UHGV virus genome: UHGV-0377831
Source of the DNA: a virus
Length of the DNA: 32,832 nucleotides
Direction: 5' to 3' (one strand)
How positions within the stretch are numbered: position 1 is the stretch's first letter; each line of letters opens with the position of its first letter. Positions 25,267 to 32,832 of this stretch are shown here, one piece after another. Below the pieces are notes generated by a model. It saw only the letters and a list, made by a program, of their open reading frames with translations, was not told the origin of the DNA and did no database searches. The translations under genes and the position numbers were made by a program.

Positions 25267-28200
25267 ATGGGAAAAGGTGGCGGTAAGGCACACACGCCTC
25301 GTGAGGCGAAGGATAATCTCAAATCCACGCAGATGATGAGCGTGATTGATGCGATTGGTGAGGGACCGATAGAAGGTCCGGTGAAGGGACTGCAGAGTAT
25401 CCTGGTGAACAAAACCCCGCTGACGGACACGGACGGTAATCCCGTGATACACGGTGTGACGGCGGTCTGGCGCGCCGGGGAGCAGGAGCAGACACCACCG
25501 GAAGGCTTTGAGTCCTCCGGTGCTGAAACCGGACTGGGCGTGGAAGTGACGAAGGCAAAACCGGTGACGCGCACCATTACGTCCGCGAACATTGACCGCC
25601 TGCGGGTTACCTTCGGGGTGCAGTCACTGGTGCAGACCACGTCAAAGGGCGACCGTAATCCTTCCTCTGTCCGGATTCTGATTCAGTTACAGCGTAATGG
25701 CCGCTGGGTGACGGAAAAGGATGTCACCATTAACGGCAAGACCACCTCGCAGTTCCTGGCCTCGGTGATTCTGGATAATCTGCCTCCCCGGCCCTTTAAC
25801 ATCCGGATGGTCAGGGAGACGGCGGACAGCACCACGGACCAGCTGCAGAATAAGACGCTGTGGTCGTCATACACCGAAATCATCGATGTGAAACAGTGCT
25901 ACCCGAACACGGCCATTGTGGGGCTGCAGGTGGATGCGGAGCAGTTCGGCGGCCAGCAGATGACGGTGAACTACCATATCCGCGGTCGCATCATCCAGGT
26001 GCCGTCAAACTATGACCCGGAAAAACGCACGTACAGTGGTATCTGGGACGGCAGTCTGAAACCGGCATACAGCAACAACCCGGCCTGGTGCCTGTGGGAC
26101 ATGCTGACTCACCCGCGCTACGGCATGGGAAAACGTCTGGGGGCGGCGGATGTGGACAAGTGGGCGCTGTATGCCATCGGGCAGTACTGCGACCAGACGG
26201 TCCCGGATGGTTTCGGGGGGACCGAGCCGCGGATGACCTTTAATGCGTACCTGGCACAACAGCGTAAGGCGTGGGACGTTCTCAGTGATTTCTGCTCTGC
26301 GATGCGCTGTATGCCGGTATGGAACGGCCAGACGCTGACGTTCGTTCAGGACCGTCCGTCGGATGTGGTGTGGCCGTACACCAACAGCGATGTGGTGGTG
26401 GATGATAACGGCGTGGGTTTCCGCTACAGCTTCAGTGCCCTGAAGGACCGGCACACGGCAGTGGAGGTGAATTACACCGACCCGCAGAACGGCTGGCAGA
26501 CCTCCACGGAACTGGTGGAAGACCCGGAAGCCATACTGCGCTACGGACGCAACCTGCTGAAGATGGACGCGTTCGGCTGTACCAGCCGCGGTCAGGCCCA
26601 CCGTGCCGGGCTGTGGGTGATAAAGACCGAACTGCTGGAAACGCAGACGGTGGATTTCACGCTCGGGTCACAGGGGCTGCGTCACACACCCGGTGACATC
26701 ATTGAAATCTGTGATAACGACTATGCCGGGACCCTGACCGGCGGACGTGTCCTGTCCATCGATGCCGCCAGCCGTACCCTGACGCTGGACCGGGAGGTGA
26801 CACTGCCGGAGACCGGCACGGCCACTGTTAATCTGATTAACGGCAGCGGTAAGCCGGCGAGCGTGGCCATCACCGCACACCCCGCGCCTGACCGGATACA
26901 GGTCAGCACCCTGCCGGATGGTGTGGAGACATACGGGGTGTGGGGACTCTCCCTGCCGTCACTGCGTCGTCGCCTGTTCCGCTGTGTCTCCATCCGGGAA
27001 AACACGGACGGCACCTTTGCCATCACGGCGGTGCAGCACGTACCTGAAAAAGAAGCCATCGTGGATAACGGGGCCCGCTTTGAGCCGCAGTCAGGCACCC
27101 TGAACAGCGTTATCCCACCGGCAGTGCAGCACCTGACGGTGGAGGTGAGCGCAGCTGACGGCCAGTATCTGGCGCAGGCTAAATGGGACACGCCGCGGGT
27201 GGTGAAGGGCGTGCGCTTCAGTCTGCGCCTGACCAGTGGTAAGGGAACGGATGCCAGACTGGTGACCACCGCCATCACCGCAGACACGGAGCACCGTTTC
27301 AGCGGCCTGCCACTGGGGGAATACACCCTGACGGTGCGGGCCATTAACAGCTACGGCCAGCAGGGCGAACCTGCGACCACCACCTTCCGGATTAACGCGC
27401 CTGCAAAACCCGCCACCATTGAGCTGACGCCGGGGTATTTTCAGATAACGGCGGTCCCGCGTCTTGCGGTGTATGACCCGACGGTACAGTTTGAATTCTG
27501 GTTCTCAGAAAAACGCATCACGAACACGGCACAGGTGGAAAAATCTGCCCGTTATCTGGGGACCGGCAGTCAGTGGACTGTCCAGGGGAGCCGGATTAAG
27601 CCGGGGACGGATTTCTGGTTTTACGTGCGAAGCGTCAACCTGGTGGGAAAATCTGCTTTTGTGGAAGCCAGCGGGCAGCCCAGCAATGATGGTGAAGGGT
27701 ATCTGGAAATTTTCCGGGGGCTGATAGATGAGACGCTTCTGGGCCAGGCACTGAAAGAGCGCATTGATGCTTCAGCGCTGCGTACGGAGGTCACGCAACT
27801 GGAAGAAGATATCCGTCAGCGGATGGACACGGATATCGCAGAAGTGACCCGGAAAATCGGGAAGGCGGAAAACAGCCTCACGCAGCTGGTTGCGAAAAAG
27901 AATGAGGACCAGACACTGGCCATCGCGCAGGTGAGCCAGAAAGTGGACCGGGTGAGCAGTGAAATCTCACAGACTGTCAGCCAGGGGCAGTCAGAAAACG
28001 CCCGACAGATAGCACAGGTCCGCCAGTACGTGGATAAAAAAGGGAGTGAAATTACCTCGACCACGGATAAAAAGCTGGGTGACCAGGCCGTGACCATACA
28101 GCAAATCCAGCGGGTTCAGTCAGACACGCGCAATGAGCTGAATGCCATGTATATGCTGAAGGTGCAGAAAACAAAAAACGGTATTCCCTATGTGGCCGGG

Positions 28201-28959
28201 ATTGGCGCGGGGATTGAGGATGTTGATGGTCAGACGCTGAGCAGTATTCTGCTGCAGGCGGACCGTATCGCGATGATTACCCCGGAGAACGGCAACACCA
28301 CGCCGCTGTTTGTGGCGCAGGGGAATCAGCTGTTCATGAACGACGTGTTCCTGAAGCGACTGTTTGCGGTGAGCATCACGTCATCCGGCAATCCTCCTAC
28401 GTTTTCCCTGACGCCGGATGGCAGGCTGACAGCCCGCAATGCGGATATCAGTGGAGCCATCACGGCGAATACCGGCACGCTCAATAATGTCACCATTAAC
28501 GAGAACTGTGTCATCAGAGGGAAACTGTCTGCAAACCAGATTGAAGGCGATCTCGTTAAAACAGTGGGTAAGGCTTTCCCCCGTGACTCCCGTGCACCGG
28601 AGCGTTGGCCATCAGGAACCATTACCGTCAGGGTTTATGACGATCAGCCGTTTAACCGGCAGATTGTTATTCCGGCGGTGGCTTTCAGCGGTGCCAGACA
28701 TGAGCAGGAGAACAGCGATACTTATTCGTCATGCCGCCTGATAGTGAAGAAAAACGGTGCTGAAATTTATAACCGTACCGCGCTGGATAATACGCTGGTT
28801 TACAGTGGTGTTATTGATATGCCTGCTGGTCGCGGCCACATGACGCTGGAGTTTTCTGTATCAGCATGGTGGGTAAATGGCTGGTATCCCACAGCAAGTA
28901 TCAGCGATTTGCTGGTTGTTGTGATGAAGAAAGCCACTGCAGGCATCACGATTAGCTGA
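25267..28959 (+). CDS. J: Central tail fibre / host specificity protein J
   Basis: 1230 aa; N-terminal ~900 aa are highly similar to lambda gpJ ([22 protein letters not shown]...); a longer coiled-coil-like middle segment and a divergent C-terminal ~150 aa relative to lambda. Confidence 0.95.
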   Translation: MGKGGGKAHTPREAKDNLKSTQMMSVIDAIGEGPIEGPVKGLQSILVNKTPLTDTDGNPVIHGVTAVWRAGEQEQTPPEGFESSGAETGLGVEVTKAKPVTRTITSANIDRLRVTFGVQSLVQTTSKGDRNPSSVRILIQLQRNGRWVTEKDVTINGKTTSQFLASVILDNLPPRPFNIRMVRETADSTTDQLQNKTLWSSYTEIIDVKQCYPNTAIVGLQVDAEQFGGQQMTVNYHIRGRIIQVPSNYDPEKRTYSGIWDGSLKPAYSNNPAWCLWDMLTHPRYGMGKRLGAADVDKWALYAIGQYCDQTVPDGFGGTEPRMTFNAYLAQQRKAWDVLSDFCSAMRCMPVWNGQTLTFVQDRPSDVVWPYTNSDVVVDDNGVGFRYSFSALKDRHTAVEVNYTDPQNGWQTSTELVEDPEAILRYGRNLLKMDAFGCTSRGQAHRAGLWVIKTELLETQTVDFTLGSQGLRHTPGDIIEICDNDYAGTLTGGRVLSIDAASRTLTLDREVTLPETGTATVNLINGSGKPASVAITAHPAPDRIQVSTLPDGVETYGVWGLSLPSLRRRLFRCVSIRENTDGTFAITAVQHVPEKEAIVDNGARFEPQSGTLNSVIPPAVQHLTVEVSAADGQYLAQAKWDTPRVVKGVRFSLRLTSGKGTDARLVTTAITADTEHRFSGLPLGEYTLTVRAINSYGQQGEPATTTFRINAPAKPATIELTPGYFQITAVPRLAVYDPTVQFEFWFSEKRITNTAQVEKSARYLGTGSQWTVQGSRIKPGTDFWFYVRSVNLVGKSAFVEASGQPSNDGEGYLEIFRGLIDETLLGQALKERIDASALRTEVTQLEEDIRQRMDTDIAEVTRKIGKAENSLTQLVAKKNEDQTLAIAQVSQKVDRVSSEISQTVSQGQSENARQIAQVRQYVDKKGSEITSTTDKKLGDQAVTIQQIQRVQSDTRNELNAMYMLKVQKTKNGIPYVAGIGAGIEDVDGQTLSSILLQADRIAMITPENGNTTPLFVAQGNQLFMNDVFLKRLFAVSITSSGNPPTFSLTPDGRLTARNADISGAITANTGTLNNVTINENCVIRGKLSANQIEGDLVKTVGKAFPRDSRAPERWPSGTITVRVYDDQPFNRQIVIPAVAFSGARHEQENSDTYSSCRLIVKKNGAEIYNRTALDNTLVYSGVIDMPAGRGHMTLEFSVSAWWVNGWYPTASISDLLVVVMKKATAGITIS

Positions 28960-28977
28960 ATTTTATAACCCCAATAC

Positions 28978-29004
28978 GGGCGCCAGAAATGGCGCCTTTT
29001 TTAT
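28978..29004 (+). terminator. Rho-independent terminator after J
   Basis: GGGCGCC-AGAAAT-GGCGCC hairpin followed by TTTTTTATT. Confidence 0.6.
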
Positions 29005-29026
29005 TGCAGAAAAGCGAGAGGTAATT

Positions 29027-29626
29027 ATGCGTAAAGTTTGTGCAGCCATTTTGTCCGCAGCCATCTGTCTGTCCGTATCCGGTGCGCCTGCATGGGCGTC
29101 TGAACATCAGTCCACACTGAGCGCGGGGTATCTTCATGCCCGTACGAACGCTCCCGGCAGCGATAATCTGAACGGGATTAACGTGAAATACCGTTATGAG
29201 TTTACGGACGCGCTGGGGCTGATTACGTCCTTCAGTTATGCCAATGCTGAGGATGAGCAAAAAACGCACTACAGCGATACCCGCTGGCATGAAGATTCCG
29301 TGCGTAACCGCTGGTTCAGCGTGATGGCGGGGCCGTCTGTACGCGTGAATGAATGGTTCAGCGCGTATGCGATGGTGGGTGTGGCTTACAGCCGTGTGTC
29401 GACTTTCTCCGGGGATTATCTCCGCGTAACTGACAACAAGGGGAAAACGCACGATGTGCTGACCGGAAGTGATGACGGTCGCCACAGCAACACGTCTCTG
29501 GCGTGGGGGGCTGGCGTGCAGTTTAACCCGACCGAATCCGTAACCATTGACCTTGCTTATGAAGGTTCCGGTAGTGGCGACTGGCGAACGGATGCATTTA
29601 TTGTTGGTATCGGATACCGTTTCTGA
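29027..29626 (+). CDS. lom: Outer membrane protein Lom (Ail/Lom/PagC family beta-barrel)
   Basis: 199 aa with signal peptide; aligns with lambda Lom (GINVKYRYE.TD..., …AYEGSGSGDWRTD.FIVG.GY.F). Confidence 0.92.
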   Translation: MRKVCAAILSAAICLSVSGAPAWASEHQSTLSAGYLHARTNAPGSDNLNGINVKYRYEFTDALGLITSFSYANAEDEQKTHYSDTRWHEDSVRNRWFSVMAGPSVRVNEWFSAYAMVGVAYSRVSTFSGDYLRVTDNKGKTHDVLTGSDDGRHSNTSLAWGAGVQFNPTESVTIDLAYEGSGSGDWRTDAFIVGIGYRF

Positions 29627-29731
29627 CAACAGACGCCGATTTATCTTCTGTAAATATTGTTATGATACGCAGGTTCATCCACCTTATGGGGTGAACTGCG
29701 TTTGAGGAAACGTAAAGTTACACTGTCCTGA

Positions 29732-29766
29732 AGCCCGTGGCGTCACTGCTGCGGGCTTTTTTTATT
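29732..29766 (+). terminator. Rho-independent terminator after lom
   Basis: AGCCCG...CGGGCT hairpin followed by TTTTTTTATT. Confidence 0.55.
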
Positions 29767-29777
29767 GGTGGAAAAGT

Positions 29778-32711
29778 ATGACAGTAAAAATTTCTGGCGT
29801 GCTTAAAGATGGCACAGGAAAACCAGTACAGAACTGCACCATTGTGCTGAAGGCCAGACGAACCAGCAGCACGGTGGTGGTGAACACGGTGGCCTCTGAA
29901 AATCCGGATGAAGCCGGACGTTACAGCATGGATGTTGAGCATGGCCAGTACAGCGTCACCCTGCTGGTTGAAGGTTTTCCGCCTTCACATGCCGGGACCA
30001 TTACCGTCTATGAAGGTTCCAGACCAGGTACGCTGAATGATTTTCTCGGTGCCATGACGGAAGATGATGTCATGCCGGAGGCACTGCGCCGCTTTGAGCA
30101 GATGGTGGAAGAGGTGTCACGTAACGCCTCCGCGGTTGCACAGAATACGGCAGCCGCGAAAAAATCAGCCAGCGATGCCAGTGCATCAGCCAGCGAGGCG
30201 GCAACTCATGCAACCGATGCTGCAGCCTCAGCACGTGCCGCCAGCACGTCAGCCGGACAGGCCGCGTCGTCGGCTCAGTCAGCGTCTTCCAGCGCAGGAA
30301 CGGCATCGACAAAGGCCCGTGAAGCAGCAAAAAGTGCTGCTGCTGCAGAGTCATCAAAAAGCGCGGCAGCTACCAGCGCCAGTGCCGCGAAAACGTCAGA
30401 AACGAATGCCGCAGCATCACAAAAATCGGCAGCCACTTCTGCATCCACAGCGACCACGAAGGCGTCAGAAGCTGCCACCTCGGCACGGGGTGCGGCGGCC
30501 TCAAAAGAGGCAGCGAAATCTTCAGAAACGAATGCATCATCAAGTGCCAGTAGTGCAGCTTCCTCGGCAACGGCGGCAGGAAATTCCGCGAAGGCGGCAA
30601 AAACGTCCGAGACGAACGCTAAGTCTTCTGAAACAGCAGCGGGACAGAGCGCCTCAGCTGCGGCAGGTTCAAAAACAGCGGCTGCATTATCTGCCAGTGC
30701 CGCGTCAACAAGTGCCGGGCAGGCCTCAGCCAGTGCCACCGCCGCCGGAAAATCGGCAGAAAGCGCCGCATCATCCGCTTCAACAGCCACAACGAAGGCT
30801 GGCAAAGCCACTGAGCAAGCCACTGCAGCAGCGAGGTCTGCTTCTGCAGCAAAAACCTCTGAAACAAATGCAAAGACTTCAGCAGACAATGCTGCTTCCT
30901 CTAAGGCGGCAGCCGCATCGTCAGCCAGTTCAGCGGCGTCATCGGCATCATCTGCGTCTGCTTCAAAAGATGAGGCGACCAGACAAGCGTCAGCAGCGAA
31001 AGGTAGTGCCACGACAGCAACAACGAAAGCATCAGAGGCGGCAGGCAGTGCGACGGCGGCATCTCAGAGCAAAGTTGCTGCTGAATCCGCGGCAACGCGT
31101 GCCGAAACAGCGGCAAAACGGGCAGAGGATATTGCATCCGCCGTGGGGCTTGAGGATGCGAGCACGACGAAAAAGGGGATAGTACAGCTCAGCAGTGCAA
31201 CAAACAGCACCAGTGAAAAGCTGGCGGCAACGCCAAAGGCAGTTAAAACTGTTAAAGATAGTTCAGTTCAAAAAACTGGCGACACAATGGGAGGGCAGTT
31301 AAAAATCAGCACGATAAATGCTCTTCGAATATTCAACCAAGCCTTTGGCCTTATTTTTAGGCGTTCCGAAGATTATCTTCATCTTATTCCGACTAATGAA
31401 GGGGAGGGGGAAAATGGAGACATCGGTTCATTAAGACCATTCTCTATAAACTTAAGATCAGGGTTGGTGTCCATCGGTAATGGACTAAAAGTTGGTGGTA
31501 GTGTTACTGGTAATTTGACCGGAAACGCAGATACTGCGACCAAGATCAAGACAGCACGTAAGATTGGGGGCGTGGCATTTGATGGATCGGCAGATATCAA
31601 CTTGCCTGGAGTCAACGCTACCGGTAATCAAAACACTACAGGTAATGCTGCGACCGCCACGAAACTTCAGGCAGCCAGAACGATTAACGGTGTGTCATTT
31701 GATGGTAGTGCAAATATCACATTGACCCCTTCAAATATTGGGGCATTGGCATTAACTGGAGGGACTCTTTCAGGTGGTTTAACTGCTGCTGGTGAGGTTA
31801 TTTCAAGGTCAGCAAATGGTCTGCGTATTGCCTATGGCAACTATGGATTCTTTATCCGAAATGATGGATCAAACACATATTTTATGTTGACAGATTCGGG
31901 TAACAGTCTTGGTACGCACAATAGCTTAAGGCCGTTTATAATTAGTAACCATACTGGCAATGTTACAATTGCAACTAAATTAAACGCGAGTGGTGGTATC
32001 ACTGGATCTTTATCGGGTAATGCAAGCACAGCAACCAAATTGCAAACTGCAAGGACAATTAACGGCGTAAAATTTGACGGCTCGGCAAATATTGAAGCGT
32101 TTCCGCCAGGTGTTCCGCTGCCGTGGCCATCAGATACACCACCTGCAGGTTATGCAATCATGCAGGGGCAGACGTTTGATAAGGCAGCATATCCGAAACT
32201 GGCTATTGCCTATCCTTCAGGTGTTATTCCAGATATGCGCGGCTGGACAATCAAGGGCAAACCCGCCAGTGGCCGGGCCGTATTGTCTCAGGAACGGGAC
32301 GGCATAAAATCGCACACCCACAGCGCCAGCGCATCCAGTACGGATTTGGGGACGAAAACCACATCGTCGTTTGATTACGGTACTAAAACGACCAGTTCAT
32401 TTGATTACGGCACAAAAACTACGAATAGCGCTGGAAATCATTCACACAATATACCTGTTGGTCACACTGGCGCGGGGAATGGTGTATCAGCCGGTTATAA
32501 CGCTGCGTTAGGTACTGGTACCACGTCGAGCGCAGGCGAGCATGCTCACAATGTATATATCGGTGCCCATAACCACACTATCGGCATTGGTGCTCATGCC
32601 CATTCTGTCATTATTGGTCCCCACGGACACACCATCACCGTTAACGCTACGGGTAACGAAGAAAACACCGTAAAAAACATCGCATTTAACTATATTGTGA
32701 GGCTTGCATAA
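29778..32711 (+). CDS. stf: Side tail fibre protein Stf (Ala/Ser-rich shaft, phage tail-fibre repeats, His-rich C-terminal domain)
   Basis: N-terminus ([22 protein letters not shown]...) and C-terminus (…[35 protein letters not shown]…[39 protein letters not shown]) align with lambda Stf; the central part carries three copies of a T.ATKL.-AR-I.GV.FDGSA.I repeat. Confidence 0.9.
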   Translation: MTVKISGVLKDGTGKPVQNCTIVLKARRTSSTVVVNTVASENPDEAGRYSMDVEHGQYSVTLLVEGFPPSHAGTITVYEGSRPGTLNDFLGAMTEDDVMPEALRRFEQMVEEVSRNASAVAQNTAAAKKSASDASASASEAATHATDAAASARAASTSAGQAASSAQSASSSAGTASTKAREAAKSAAAAESSKSAAATSASAAKTSETNAAASQKSAATSASTATTKASEAATSARGAAASKEAAKSSETNASSSASSAASSATAAGNSAKAAKTSETNAKSSETAAGQSASAAAGSKTAAALSASAASTSAGQASASATAAGKSAESAASSASTATTKAGKATEQATAAARSASAAKTSETNAKTSADNAASSKAAAASSASSAASSASSASASKDEATRQASAAKGSATTATTKASEAAGSATAASQSKVAAESAATRAETAAKRAEDIASAVGLEDASTTKKGIVQLSSATNSTSEKLAATPKAVKTVKDSSVQKTGDTMGGQLKISTINALRIFNQAFGLIFRRSEDYLHLIPTNEGEGENGDIGSLRPFSINLRSGLVSIGNGLKVGGSVTGNLTGNADTATKIKTARKIGGVAFDGSADINLPGVNATGNQNTTGNAATATKLQAARTINGVSFDGSANITLTPSNIGALALTGGTLSGGLTAAGEVISRSANGLRIAYGNYGFFIRNDGSNTYFMLTDSGNSLGTHNSLRPFIISNHTGNVTIATKLNASGGITGSLSGNASTATKLQTARTINGVKFDGSANIEAFPPGVPLPWPSDTPPAGYAIMQGQTFDKAAYPKLAIAYPSGVIPDMRGWTIKGKPASGRAVLSQERDGIKSHTHSASASSTDLGTKTTSSFDYGTKTTSSFDYGTKTTNSAGNHSHNIPVGHTGAGNGVSAGYNAALGTGTTSSAGEHAHNVYIGAHNHTIGIGAHAHSVIIGPHGHTITVNATGNEENTVKNIAFNYIVRLA

Positions 32712-32832
32712 TGACATTCAGAATGAGTGAACACTCACAGACCATAAAAATTTATAATCTACTGACCGGAACCAATGAGTTTATTGGTGAAGGTGATGCA
32801 TACATTCCACCTCATACAGGTCTGCCTGCAAA
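32711..32832 (+). CDS. tfa: Tail fibre assembly protein Tfa (5' part only; truncated by the window end)
   Basis: [40 protein letters not shown] matches the N-terminus of lambda Tfa; the ATG overlaps the stf stop (TAATG). Confidence 0.9.
   Translation, partial: MTFRMSEHSQTIKIYNLLTGTNEFIGEGDAYIPPHTGLPA

Larger units (their letters stand above)
1..32832. mobile_element. Segment of a lambdoid prophage or phage genome (nin region, late control, lysis, cos, head and tail genes)
   Basis: Gene order and protein sequences from nu1 to tfa are colinear with phage lambda; a lambda-type cos sequence lies at 9305-9316; the upstream modules are typical of lambdoid mosaics. No att site or integrase is in the window, so integrated versus free state cannot be decided. 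Confidence 0.9.

Noticed and set aside
24945-25291. 113-aa plus-strand and 94-aa minus-strand ORFs in the I-J spacer
   Set aside because: Both run through the two strong hairpins and into the J start; no ATG/RBS support. The spacer is reported as a possible non-coding element instead.
26005-27344. 198-aa and 207-aa minus-strand ORFs inside J
   Set aside because: Antisense to J, whose frame is supported end to end by lambda homology.
28952-29629. 225-aa minus-strand ORF covering lom
   Set aside because: Exactly antisense to lom, which has a signal peptide and lambda Lom homology; judged spurious.
30275-31012. 245-aa Ala-rich ORF antisense to stf
   Set aside because: Antisense artefact of the same repetitive GC-rich region; the Stf frame is confirmed by lambda homology.
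30064-31182. 372-aa Q/R/P-rich ORF in an alternative plus-strand frame inside stf
   Set aside because: Lies wholly within the Ala/Ser-rich repetitive part of stf; the GC-rich GCN/AGC codon repeats keep other frames open by chance. Low-complexity product and no RBS.
1-32832. CRISPR arrays, rRNA genes, insertion sequences or integrase genes
   Set aside because: No regularly spaced direct repeats, no rRNA-like sequence, no transposase or integrase-like ORFs and no terminal inverted repeats were seen in this window.
1-32832. The window being phage lambda itself
   Set aside because: The structural genes are lambda-like but not identical, and the nin, Q, tRNA and lysis modules are of a different (Qin/Stx-phage/phage 21) type, so it is a distinct lambdoid mosaic.

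Overview
This window is a contiguous segment of a lambdoid (lambda-like) prophage or phage genome from an enterobacterial host, read in prophage order: end of the early/nin region, late control region, lysis cassette, cos site, then the head and tail morphogenesis genes. The structural half (nu1 to tfa) is colinear with phage lambda and the proteins align closely with lambda proteins as I recall them; I could not run any search, so all homology calls are from memory. The nin and lysis modules are mosaic and resemble the E. coli Qin and Stx-phage type: a hok toxin, a DUF968-like protein, rusA, a non-lambda Q, three tRNAs, a phage-21-type pinholin and a SAR endolysin. The most unusual parts are accessory cargo. 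These are: (i) a low-GC island between the tRNAs and the holin, at the position where Stx phages carry stx, with uncharacterised ORFs on both strands; (ii) a 296-aa unknown gene inserted between the holin and the endolysin; (iii) two small membrane-protein ORFs between the endolysin and Rz; (iv) a small lipoprotein with a TonB C-terminal-like domain downstream of Rz; and (v) a 343-bp hairpin-rich insert between tail genes I and J. No CRISPR array, rRNA, integrase or att site is visible in the window.
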